Positions 52,401-60,768 of a stretch of 60,768 nt of DNA are shown piece after piece. The position numbers were made by a program, and so were the translations under genes. This DNA comes from Nitrospira sp. (GTDB taxonomy: Bacteria > Nitrospirota > Nitrospiria > Nitrospirales > Nitrospiraceae): the NCBI GenBank assembly GCA_024330945.1, contig JANDJJ010000001.1, forward strand, positions 1-60,768. The letters run 5' to 3'. Position 1 is the first letter of the stretch; each line of letters begins with the position of its first letter. The notes under the pieces are model-generated. The model saw nothing but the letters and a program-made list of their open reading frames with translations. It was not told the origin of the DNA and did no database searches.

Positions 52401-53807
52401 ATGGCCGAGAAAATCCTCATAGCCGACGACGATCCGGACATTGTATCGGTGTTGCAAGACCGGCTTCAGTCCCACGGCTACGACATCATCACCGCGAGGG
52501 ACGGCCAGGAGGCGACAGGGCAAATCGCGCAGGAATCCCCCAATCTGGTGCTGCTGGATCTGACCCTTCCCAAACTCTCCGGACTCGATGTCTTGAAACA
52601 CTTGAACCGTTCGAAACAATCGGACAACCTGCCCGTCGTCGTCATGACCGCCCACGGCTCCATCGACCTCGCAGTCGAGGCGATGAAAGAAGGAGCCTAT
52701 GACTTTCTGACCAAACCGCTGGACAAAGACCACCTGTTGCTCGTCATTCGCAAAGCCCTCGAACGAGACCAGTTACGTCAGCAGATCGACTATCTCCGCT
52801 CCGAGGTCGCCGGACGCTACGCCTCGATCATCGGCAACAGCCCGTCGATCCAGCCCATTATCGAAGCGGCCCGCCGGGCCGCCAGGTCGGGTGCCAGTGT
52901 GCTCCTGCTCGGCGAGAGTGGAACCGGCAAGGAACTGTTCGCCCGCTCCATTCACCAGTGGAGCCATCGACAGGCCATGCCGCTTATCGTCATTAACTGC
53001 GTGGCCCTGACGGAAACGCTGCTGGAAAACGAGCTATTCGGCCACGAGCGCGGCGCCTTCACCGGTGCGGATCGGCTGCAAAAGGGCAAGTTGGAAATGG
53101 CCGACGGTGGTACGGTGTTTCTGGACGAAATCGGCGACATGTCCTTGCCGCTGCAGGCCAAACTGTTGCGCGTGTTGCAGGACCGCGAGTTTCACCGTGT
53201 CGGCGGCACCAAGACCATCTCGGTCAACATCCGCATCATCGCCGCGACCAATAAGGATTTAAAGAAAGCCGTCAAAGCCGGAGCGTTTCGCGAAGATCTC
53301 TATTTTCGCTTGAACGTCATCACCCTCACCCTTCCTCCCCTGCGAGAACGTCGCAGCGACATTCCCGCCTTAGCCCACTTCTTTCTCGACCGACATGCGA
53401 AAGATGCAAAACGGCCGCACATGACCTTGAGCCCCCAGGCGCTTGATGCCCTGACCCGGTATTCGTGGCCGGGCAACATTCGAGAGTTGGAAAACGTGAT
53501 CGCTCGCGCCGTCGTCTTGAACCCCACCGACACGATCGAACCCAACATGCTCGCCCTGTTGCAGGAAGAGCAGGACCTCCGCCCCAACAACGGTCCTTAT
53601 CTTCCTTATTTGGATTTGCCCTACCACCAATCAATGGAAGAACACAGTCGCTACATCATCGCCCGAGCCGTTGCTCGCGCCAACGGCAATCAAACCAAGG
53701 CCGCGGAGTTTTTGAAGCTCCAGCGCACCTACTTGGCTCGTTTGATCAAACGCCACAAGTCCATAGGAGAGCTTGGGAACGCGACGATTCTGTCCGACGA
53801 AGTCTGA
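52401..53807 (+). CDS. Sigma54-dependent response regulator
   Basis: IADDD receiver, GESGTGKE, GAFTGA, WPGNIREL, HTH; SD GGAG. Confidence 0.95.
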   Translation: MAEKILIADDDPDIVSVLQDRLQSHGYDIITARDGQEATGQIAQESPNLVLLDLTLPKLSGLDVLKHLNRSKQSDNLPVVVMTAHGSIDLAVEAMKEGAYDFLTKPLDKDHLLLVIRKALERDQLRQQIDYLRSEVAGRYASIIGNSPSIQPIIEAARRAARSGASVLLLGESGTGKELFARSIHQWSHRQAMPLIVINCVALTETLLENELFGHERGAFTGADRLQKGKLEMADGGTVFLDEIGDMSLPLQAKLLRVLQDREFHRVGGTKTISVNIRIIAATNKDLKKAVKAGAFREDLYFRLNVITLTLPPLRERRSDIPALAHFFLDRHAKDAKRPHMTLSPQALDALTRYSWPGNIRELENVIARAVVLNPTDTIEPNMLALLQEEQDLRPNNGPYLPYLDLPYHQSMEEHSRYIIARAVARANGNQTKAAEFLKLQRTYLARLIKRHKSIGELGNATILSDEV

Positions 53808-53891
53808 CGACCGTTTCCATCGATTTGTTGGAAAAAACCGGCCGTTTCTTCACCGGCCTCGCTGAAAGAAACAAAGAAGATATGCAATCGA

Positions 53892-54638
53892 CTACCGGGC
53901 GGAGGCGAGCTGTCGGTCCTCCAGGCGAATCAGCCCCGCTCGAACATCCTGCTCGGCCTGAGTGTATCGTTCGATGGTCCCCACGTCTGACCAATAGCCG
54001 TGCATGTCGTACCCCAGCACCCGTTCACCCCGCTTGATGGCGGCGACATAGGGATCAATGATCGACAGCACCGCTCCCCTGGGGACATCCCTGAGCAGGC
54101 ACAGGTCCAGAATATGAATGCCGGCAAACATGCGCGGCACGGTGGGACCGCTCTCATCAAGGCCTTGGCCGGTAATTCTGACAATGCGTCGTTCCGCCCC
54201 TACTTCCACCACTCCCCACCGACTCACATCGTCATCTTCGCGTAAGACCAGCGTCGCCGCAGCCCGATGAGCCCGGTGAAAAGCCAGGAGATCATCGAGA
54301 TCCAGCTCAACAAGGGTATCGCCATTGAGGACTAGCACCGGTCCTCCATCGAAATAGGACTCGGCCTGCTTGATCCCTCCGCCGGTGCCTAAAATCGTCG
54401 TTTCTTTGGAGTACATGATCCGCAGGCCGAATCGCGCCCCATCGCCCAGCGCTTCTTCGATCATCGAGCCGCGGTAGTGCAGATTGATGACGACATCCCG
54501 AAATCCATGACGCCTGAGAAGCAACAGATTCCACACGATGAGCGGCGTGCCGCCAACCGGCAACAATGGCTTTGGCACGCTGTCGGTCAACGGCCGAAGG
54601 CGGGTTCCAAGCCCCGCGGCAAGAATCATGGCCTTCAT
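53892..54638 (-). CDS. murU: MurNAc-alpha-1-P uridylyltransferase-like nucleotidyltransferase
   Basis: MKAMILAAGLGTRLRPLT..PKPL, LGTGGG, LNGD, WSDVGT; lies downstream of an amgK-like gene. Confidence 0.75.
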   Translation of the reverse strand: MKAMILAAGLGTRLRPLTDSVPKPLLPVGGTPLIVWNLLLLRRHGFRDVVINLHYRGSMIEEALGDGARFGLRIMYSKETTILGTGGGIKQAESYFDGGPVLVLNGDTLVELDLDDLLAFHRAHRAAATLVLREDDDVSRWGVVEVGAERRIVRITGQGLDESGPTVPRMFAGIHILDLCLLRDVPRGAVLSIIDPYVAAIKRGERVLGYDMHGYWSDVGTIERYTQAEQDVRAGLIRLEDRQLASAR

Positions 54639-54727
54639 AACACGGATCCTCGGAGCCGGAGTGCGCCGAAAACCGGCGTGATCATCTGCAACTCCGGACC
54701 GGCGTCATCCGCCGAACGGACGACCGC

Positions 54728-55834
54728 TCATTGCAACTCCGGCACATATGGAGTGAGGTGACGACGCAGCGTCTCCAATTCCGAGTACTTTTGGAGGTTT
54801 TGTTTGACGTAGCCCAGCACGCGAGGGATGTCCGACAGAAACTTGGGATTATGCTTGACGCGGTCGATATAGACGAACCGCCCGGCGGCCTTGAGATTGC
54901 GCTGAATGCTGGTGAAGTCAAACAAGCGGCGGAAGGAAGCGCGATTGGCCCAGACGACGCGCCTCGCCGCCATCTGATCGAGATAGTAGTCCACCAATTC
55001 CTCCACCAGCGATTCGTCAAGCTCGACATACGCATCGCGGAGCAGCGAGGCCAAGTCGTAGGTCGCCGGCCCCATCAAGGCATCCTGAAAATCGATCACC
55101 CCCACCCGCTCCCCATCGACCATCAGGTTTCGCGAGTGATAATCCCGGTGCACAAAAACACGAGGCTGATCGGCCAAGAGGTCGGCGATGCGCTCGAACT
55201 CCTGGCGAATCACAATCCAATCGTCCGAACACATCGGTTTCCCACGCCGCGCGACCACTCCGTACTCCAAAAAATGGTCGAACTCCCACATCAGCAACGG
55301 AACGTCAAACCGCCGATGAAAGGCGATACAGGTTCCATTGGGAGGCATCGTCGCTTCGCTCTGAAGACGCACCAAAATATCGATCGCCTGTCTATAACGA
55401 GTCTCCAGCGCTGTGGAGTCAGCAGTCCGAGTCATTTCGGCCAATGTCATGTCGCCCAAGTCTTCAAGATACAGCAGACCTGCCTCCACATCATAGTAAT
55501 GGAGCGTCGGCACTGGAATGTTCGTCTTGGCTAAATGGGAAAGGACGTTCACAAAGGGCAACTCGTCGATTTCCCTGCTCGTGCCACTGACCGCCTCCTC
55601 GGACTGTTTAAACCCCTCTGCTTGGGCCAATTGCATGAGGATCACGGAATGCGGCGGACCGCCGTCGAGCACCACGCGATAATAGCGGCGATTCGACGCA
55701 TCACCGGCCAACGGTCGGATCTCGCGCACCGTCAGGCCGGGAGCAAGATATGTTTGAATCGTCCGGGCCACATGGGACGACTCGGGAGGAAGAGGCGAAA
55801 CCGGGGTGGGAGGAGCCGAATGAACCTTCGACAT
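54728..55834 (-). CDS. amgK: Anomeric MurNAc/GlcNAc kinase-like phosphotransferase
   Basis: LAGDASNRRYYR, LEDLGD, HRDYHSRNLM, IDFQDALMGP.YDLASLL.D, QRNLKAAG.F. Confidence 0.8.
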   Translation of the reverse strand: MSKVHSAPPTPVSPLPPESSHVARTIQTYLAPGLTVREIRPLAGDASNRRYYRVVLDGGPPHSVILMQLAQAEGFKQSEEAVSGTSREIDELPFVNVLSHLAKTNIPVPTLHYYDVEAGLLYLEDLGDMTLAEMTRTADSTALETRYRQAIDILVRLQSEATMPPNGTCIAFHRRFDVPLLMWEFDHFLEYGVVARRGKPMCSDDWIVIRQEFERIADLLADQPRVFVHRDYHSRNLMVDGERVGVIDFQDALMGPATYDLASLLRDAYVELDESLVEELVDYYLDQMAARRVVWANRASFRRLFDFTSIQRNLKAAGRFVYIDRVKHNPKFLSDIPRVLGYVKQNLQKYSELETLRRHLTPYVPELQ

Positions 55835-55843
55835 ACGGAGGCG

Positions 55844-55872
55844 ATTATAGCGGCGCCCTTCTCACTTGTCAC
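55844..55872 (-). promoter_or_regulatory. Sigma70 promoter of amgK-murU
   Basis: GTGACA-N17-TATAAT, ending 9 nt upstream of the ATG. Confidence 0.7.
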
Positions 55873-55974
55873 GAAACCACCGGCATCGTGCAACCAATCT
55901 GGCATCATCTGCTTAAAAGAAGCTCTTCATCGACGATGGTTGCGAAGATACGCCCGACTGTCAGTTCCAGCAGT

Positions 55975-56379
55975 TCAGCGACGATCCATCTTCAGTGCAA
56001 GTCGCCCAGACCACCAACGCGGCAAACGATGGATGGCCGCGACGCCGAGCAGGGCGCCGACACTGTCGGCGAGCCAATCCCATCCGCTGGCATCACGATG
56101 GGGTACAAATGACTGATGAATTTCGTCGCTGAGCCCGTAGAGCGACGTCGCCAGCACGGCCAGAAGACCGGCCCACGGCTTCACGGCCTCGTTGGTTCCC
56201 CATCGAAAGGCTCGATAAAGCAGTCCTCCGAGCACCGCATATTCCACCGCGTGCAGAACCTTATCGCTGAAGAGCCAGACAAACGACGGAAGCCGCTCTT
56301 CCGGATGAGGCTGCGAGGAGAGATAGAAAATCAGCCCGGCGTAGATGCCCACAGGGCCCCAATAGCGAAACCACCCCAT
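55975..56379 (-). CDS. VanZ-like membrane protein
   Basis: IFYLSS, DKVLHAVEY, YGLSDEIHQSFVP.R...DWLAD..G. Confidence 0.88.
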   Translation of the reverse strand: MGWFRYWGPVGIYAGLIFYLSSQPHPEERLPSFVWLFSDKVLHAVEYAVLGGLLYRAFRWGTNEAVKPWAGLLAVLATSLYGLSDEIHQSFVPHRDASGWDWLADSVGALLGVAAIHRLPRWWSGRLALKMDRR

Positions 56380-56495
56380 CAGCCCCCCTTACCGGCTCCC
56401 GCGCCACGTTTCATTTGCCCGCTTGATTGCAAGGCCCTAGCCCCTATGACATACTTTCCTGACATACGCTCGATTGTACAGCAGTTCACACACCC

Positions 56496-58700
56496 ATGAG
56501 ACACGCCTACGTCTGTTTCCTTTGGCACATGCACCAGCCCTACTATACCGACCCGGTGGCTGGCTTGGCCAGCATGCCGTGGGTGCGCCTGCACGCAACC
56601 AAAGCCTACTACGACATGGTCCACCTGCTGGAGCAATTTCCAGCCGTGCGTGCGACGTTCAACTTCACTCCTTCCTTGCTCCTACAGCTCCAAGAGATCG
56701 GCGAGGGTGCCGTACGGGATCTGTTTCTCGAACATACGCAACGACCGGCCGCGGACCTGACCGAAGAGGAACAGGCTTTCATCATCCGCCATTTTTTTGC
56801 CGCCAACTGGTCCACCATGGTGCGCCCCTATCGGCGCTATCATGAGCTGTTGGTCAAGCGGGGGGTAGACGTGCGGGGACAGGACTTGATCAAACTGGCT
56901 CGCCGTTTTTCCACGCAGGATTTTCTCGACTTACAAGTCTGGCATAACTTGGCATGGTTCGGATACGGCGCAATCCAACGGTATCCTCGATTGGCAACTC
57001 TGCGCAATAAGAATCGCGGCTATACGGAGCAAGACAAACAGGAAGTGCTGGCGATCCAACGCACCGTCGTGCAAGCAATCGTGCCGCGCTACAGAGCGTT
57101 GTTGGAGCGGGGCCAGGTCGAAATCAGCACGACGCCGTTTTTTCACCCGATTCTCCCGCTGGTCATCGACACAGAGATCACAAAGCGAGCCAGACCCGAT
57201 CTGCCGCTTCCTGCCCGTTTCCATGCTCCTGAAGACGCGAGCATGCAACTTCGGATGGCAGTGGACTTCCATCGCCGAACCTTTGGCCGACCGCCGGTTG
57301 GTCTGTGGCCGTCGGAAGGGTCGGTCTGTCCGGAACTACTTCCACTCGCGCATCACGTCGGTTTGCGTTGGCTCGCCACCGACGAAGGCATCCTTGCCCG
57401 TTCACTGGAAATGGAAGGTCGCCCCTGGAATCGACGATCAGCGCTTTATCGTCCTTACCGAGCCGGTCCCCCTGGTCAAGAACTGACCGTACTCTTCCGC
57501 GACCGGGAACTCTCGGACGCATTTGGATTTGTGTACTACAGGACGACACCTGAATCGGCGGCCGAAGACGTGGCCCGCCGGCTGGCGCAGATCATTCAAG
57601 AAGCCGAGCAGGAGTCGATCGTCGTCCCCATCATCTTGGACGGAGAAAACCCCTGGGAGCACTATCACGACGGGGGAGAACGGTTTCTTTCTCTTCTTTA
57701 TACGATGTTTTCCTCGCGAAAACTTGACCAGGCGTCGGACGCGGTCATTCAGACTTCCACCGTCTCCGAAGCAATCGAAGCCGTTCCCCCCGTCCATCAC
57801 CTCTCCACTCTGCATTCCGGCTCGTGGATCAATGCGGACTTCAAGATTTGGATCGGTCACGAGGAAGACAATCAAGCCTGGAATCTGTTGGGTTACACGA
57901 GATCGAGACTGGCTGCCGTCGCGCCGACACTCCCTCCCGATCGTGCCGAAGCAGCCCGGCGTGAACTCTACGCCGCAGAAGGCAGCGATTGGTTCTGGTG
58001 GTACGGCGACGACTTCGAGACAGACTTCAAGGCCGAGTTCGACCGATTGTTCAGAACACACTTGCGGAACGTCTGGCGCCACATGGGCCTTGCGCCGCCG
58101 GATGAGCTGGACCATCCGATTATCCGTTTTCCGCTTCAGTCGGAAACCGACGTGGTCACCAAACCGGTGGCGCTGCTGACCCCGACAATCGACGGACTAG
58201 TGACCGACTTTTTTGAATGGCGGGGAGCGGGGTCCATCAACACCAGACCGCCGCTCGGCGCCATGTGGAAAGCCGAAGGACCGTTGGCGGGGATTCGATA
58301 CGCGTGGAGTCGTGAAGGATTTTTTCTTCGATTCGACTTTGATCAATCCGCCGCCGACCGAGGAAGAGCCTCGCAGGTGGAGATCACGATCAAGAGCCTC
58401 AGTTCGACCTTTCGGCTGACATTCTCCCTGGAAGAGCCCGGGCCGGACCATTTTGTCTTGACTCGGTCCGAGGGACCGGACTCGTGGGTGGAGGTCGGGA
58501 CTTATCACTCGATCGGTCGAAAAAAGATCCTGGAATTGATGGTGCCCACGAAAGACCTGAGCCTTGATGCCGGGCAGGAGCTGAGTCTGTCGATCGTGGT
58601 GCTGGAACATGGCCTTGAAGTCGCTCGGTACCCGCGACAGTGGCCCGCGGCGTTAACCGTCCCGGGCCCCGAATTTGATGCTGTGTGCTGGCGTGTCTAG
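56496..58700 (+). CDS. Glycoside hydrolase family 57 (amylopullulanase-like)
   Basis: WHMHQP, EISTTPFFHPILP, GLWPSEG (nucleophile), LDGENPWE (acid/base), AEGSDWFWW. Confidence 0.93.
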   Translation: MRHAYVCFLWHMHQPYYTDPVAGLASMPWVRLHATKAYYDMVHLLEQFPAVRATFNFTPSLLLQLQEIGEGAVRDLFLEHTQRPAADLTEEEQAFIIRHFFAANWSTMVRPYRRYHELLVKRGVDVRGQDLIKLARRFSTQDFLDLQVWHNLAWFGYGAIQRYPRLATLRNKNRGYTEQDKQEVLAIQRTVVQAIVPRYRALLERGQVEISTTPFFHPILPLVIDTEITKRARPDLPLPARFHAPEDASMQLRMAVDFHRRTFGRPPVGLWPSEGSVCPELLPLAHHVGLRWLATDEGILARSLEMEGRPWNRRSALYRPYRAGPPGQELTVLFRDRELSDAFGFVYYRTTPESAAEDVARRLAQIIQEAEQESIVVPIILDGENPWEHYHDGGERFLSLLYTMFSSRKLDQASDAVIQTSTVSEAIEAVPPVHHLSTLHSGSWINADFKIWIGHEEDNQAWNLLGYTRSRLAAVAPTLPPDRAEAARRELYAAEGSDWFWWYGDDFETDFKAEFDRLFRTHLRNVWRHMGLAPPDELDHPIIRFPLQSETDVVTKPVALLTPTIDGLVTDFFEWRGAGSINTRPPLGAMWKAEGPLAGIRYAWSREGFFLRFDFDQSAADRGRASQVEITIKSLSSTFRLTFSLEEPGPDHFVLTRSEGPDSWVEVGTYHSIGRKKILELMVPTKDLSLDAGQELSLSIVVLEHGLEVARYPRQWPAALTVPGPEFDAVCWRV

Positions 58701-58796
58701 AAGCGGGGCCGCGATGAGGGGCTGGTGAGAGGAAACGACCCCAACATGCCCCTACCGCTTTTCCCCCTCTACGAACGACCATAGACGGAGGACACC

Positions 58797-59801
58797 ATGC
58801 CTGAGTTGCGACGGGATCCCATCGTCGGCCGGTGGGTCATCATTTCGACGGAGCGAAACGGCCGCCCGCACGACTTCTTGCGATTGCCGGCCACCAGGCC
58901 CACCCCCTCCACGCTGTGTCCCTTCTGTCCGGGACAAGAACGGCTGACGCCCAAAGAAATCATGGCCTACAGACCGCAACCGGCCGACCCGAACTCCCCG
59001 AACTGGACCGTGCGCGTGGTGCCGAACAAATTCCCCGCGCTTCAAGTCGAGGGGGACATGGGACGTGAAGGCGTGGGGTTGTACGATCGGATGAACGGCA
59101 TCGGCGCCCATGAAGTCATCATCGAAACCCCCAACCATACCGACAGTCTCGCGGAGCTGCCGGTCAAACAGATCGAAGACGTCCTCTGGGCCTATCGCGA
59201 CCGCATCATCGACTTGAAGAAAGACATCCGGCTCCGCTACATCATCATTTTCAAGAACCACGGCTTGGCGGCCGGCGCAACGTTGGAACACAGCCACTCC
59301 CAGTTGATTGCCCTACCGATCGTTCCCACCAGCGTACAGGATGAAATCGAAGGCTGCCGAGCCCACTTCGAGCACAAAGAACGGTGTATCTACTGCGACA
59401 TCATCCGACAGGAAACGGGAGACGGTGAGCGGATCGTAGCCGAAAACCCCGAGTTCGTTTGTGTCACCCCGTTCGCCCCGCGCTTTCCTTTTGAGATGTG
59501 GATCCTGCCCAAGCGCCACGCGGGCTATTTCGAAGAAGGCCACAAAACGCAGTTTGAATGTTTGGCGCCGATGTTGTCCGAATGCCTTCGACGAATGGAC
59601 AAGGCCCTCTCCCGCCCTGCTTATAATTTTATTCTGCACAGCTCACCGCTCCATGAACGAACCGGAGAGTTCTATCACTGGCATGTGGAAATCATTCCCA
59701 AACTGACGCAGGTCGCCGGGTTTGAGTGGGGAACGGGGTTCTACATCAACCCGGTCTCGCCGGAAGAGTCTGCCAAGTTCCTTCGCGACGTCGATGTGTG
59801 A
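58797..59801 (+). CDS. galT: GalT-like hexose-1-phosphate nucleotidyltransferase
   Basis: ELRRDP..WVII, CPFCPG, NKFPAL, HEVIIE, FKNHG..AGATLEHSHSQ, AGFEWGTG. Confidence 0.85.
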   Translation: MPELRRDPIVGRWVIISTERNGRPHDFLRLPATRPTPSTLCPFCPGQERLTPKEIMAYRPQPADPNSPNWTVRVVPNKFPALQVEGDMGREGVGLYDRMNGIGAHEVIIETPNHTDSLAELPVKQIEDVLWAYRDRIIDLKKDIRLRYIIIFKNHGLAAGATLEHSHSQLIALPIVPTSVQDEIEGCRAHFEHKERCIYCDIIRQETGDGERIVAENPEFVCVTPFAPRFPFEMWILPKRHAGYFEEGHKTQFECLAPMLSECLRRMDKALSRPAYNFILHSSPLHERTGEFYHWHVEIIPKLTQVAGFEWGTGFYINPVSPEESAKFLRDVDV

Positions 59802-59807
59802 TGGGTC

Positions 59808-60768
59808 ATGACCGTTTCCTTCCGCATTGAGGCTCCCTCGCTCGCGCGGTCGCTGCGCCTCATCGAGGAAACGGTCCGCCAGGCCGGGGGGAGGACCTGG
59901 CTGGTGGGGGGATCCGTCCGTGATTTGCTGCTGGGACGGCAACCGCATGATCTCGACGTCGAAGTCACAGGGCTCGACCTGGACCGGCTCCACGAGCTAC
60001 TCCAACAACACTTCTCAGTTCAGTTCGTCGGGAAAGCCTTCGGCGTCTTCAAGCTTGACGGCCTGCCGATCGACGTATCCGTTCCGTCGCGCATCCCGGC
60101 CGGCCGCACATTCATCGCCGACATGCGGAACCAGGCCGACCCCGCCATGGACATTGATGAGGCGCTGGCCCGCCGCGATTTCACGATCAACGCGATGGCC
60201 TGGAACCCCCGCACGTCGGAGCTCCGAGACCCGTTCAACGGCCGGACTGATTTGACAGCCCGCACACTGCGTCACGTCTCCGATCGATTCGCCGAAGATC
60301 CATTGCGCGTGTTGCGTGGCATGCAACTGGCTGCCCGGTTCGAGCTAACCCCTGCCCTAGAGACGGTACGTCTGTGCAGCACTTTGTCTCAAGACGGGCA
60401 ACCAGCCGAACGGATTTGGGAAGAATGGAAAACCTTGTTGCTCGACGGCGTCAAACCGTCGCTCGGCCTGACATTTTTACGCGACAGCGGTTGGCTCCGT
60501 TTTTACCCCGAACTGGCGGCGCTCCAAGGATGCCCCCAAGATCCATCGTGGCATCCGGAAGGTGATGTGTGGATCCACACCCTTCACTGTTTGGATTGGT
60601 TCGCCGGAGAGCGAACCGGCCATGAAACGGACGACCTGATCGTCGGGCTGGCCGTGCTCTGTCACGATCTCGGCAAACCTCTCGCCACAACTAGCGACAG
60701 GGGGCGCGTGACCTCACATGGGCATGATCAGCAAGGAGCGGCACCGGCGAGGCGATTCCTCGAACGGC
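59808..60768 (+). CDS. CCA-adding/poly(A) polymerase-family nucleotidyltransferase with HD domain (3' end off the window)
   Basis: Hand translation: LVGGSVRDLLLG..PHDLDVE, RRDFTINAMA, EDPLRVLR, WHPEGDVWIHT, LCHDLGK. Confidence 0.9.
   Translation, partial: MTVSFRIEAPSLARSLRLIEETVRQAGGRTWLVGGSVRDLLLGRQPHDLDVEVTGLDLDRLHELLQQHFSVQFVGKAFGVFKLDGLPIDVSVPSRIPAGRTFIADMRNQADPAMDIDEALARRDFTINAMAWNPRTSELRDPFNGRTDLTARTLRHVSDRFAEDPLRVLRGMQLAARFELTPALETVRLCSTLSQDGQPAERIWEEWKTLLLDGVKPSLGLTFLRDSGWLRFYPELAALQGCPQDPSWHPEGDVWIHTLHCLDWFAGERTGHETDDLIVGLAVLCHDLGKPLATTSDRGRVTSHGHDQQGAAPARRFLER

Noticed and set aside
53892-55834. amgK-murU, and also pxpBAC and gltBD, as novel systems
   Set aside because: Well-described pathways: peptidoglycan recycling, 5-oxoproline salvage and GOGAT.

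Overview
A 60.8 kb chromosomal window from a high-GC bacterium. Gene content points to Nitrospira (Nitrospirota): two CydA-like 'bd-like' oxidases with no CydB and a diheme c/EB_dh protein beside mobA. Taxonomy is inferred from gene content, not measured. Positions 1-31 kb are almost entirely minus strand: a partial MFS transporter, an operon of three paralogous BamC-like lipoproteins plus a BamE/SmpA-like lipoprotein, a sigma54 two-component pair, secF-secD-yajC-tgt-argS, a GT9, mobA, and an ~16 kb respiratory cluster. The cluster holds three membrane c-type cytochromes, two bd-like oxidase subunits, three microproteins missed by the ORF track, two Cys-less FGE-fold proteins, DUF3047, a PCP_red/Zn-ribbon protein, a DUF420/CtaM-like protein, an O-methyltransferase and a cupredoxin-motif protein. 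The rest is housekeeping and accessory: desaturase, bactofilin, pxpBAC, MBL hydrolase, Ycf46-like AAA ATPase, gltBD, polyprenyl synthase, DUF1015, an orphan sigma54 regulator, amgK-murU, VanZ, GH57-galT and a partial CCA-type nucleotidyltransferase. I saw no rRNA, tRNA, CRISPR or mobile element. The best candidates for undescribed biology are the cofactor/copper maturation cassette and microproteins of the bd-like oxidase, and the BamC-like x3 + BamE-like lipoprotein operon. Family calls come from motif recognition, not database searches.
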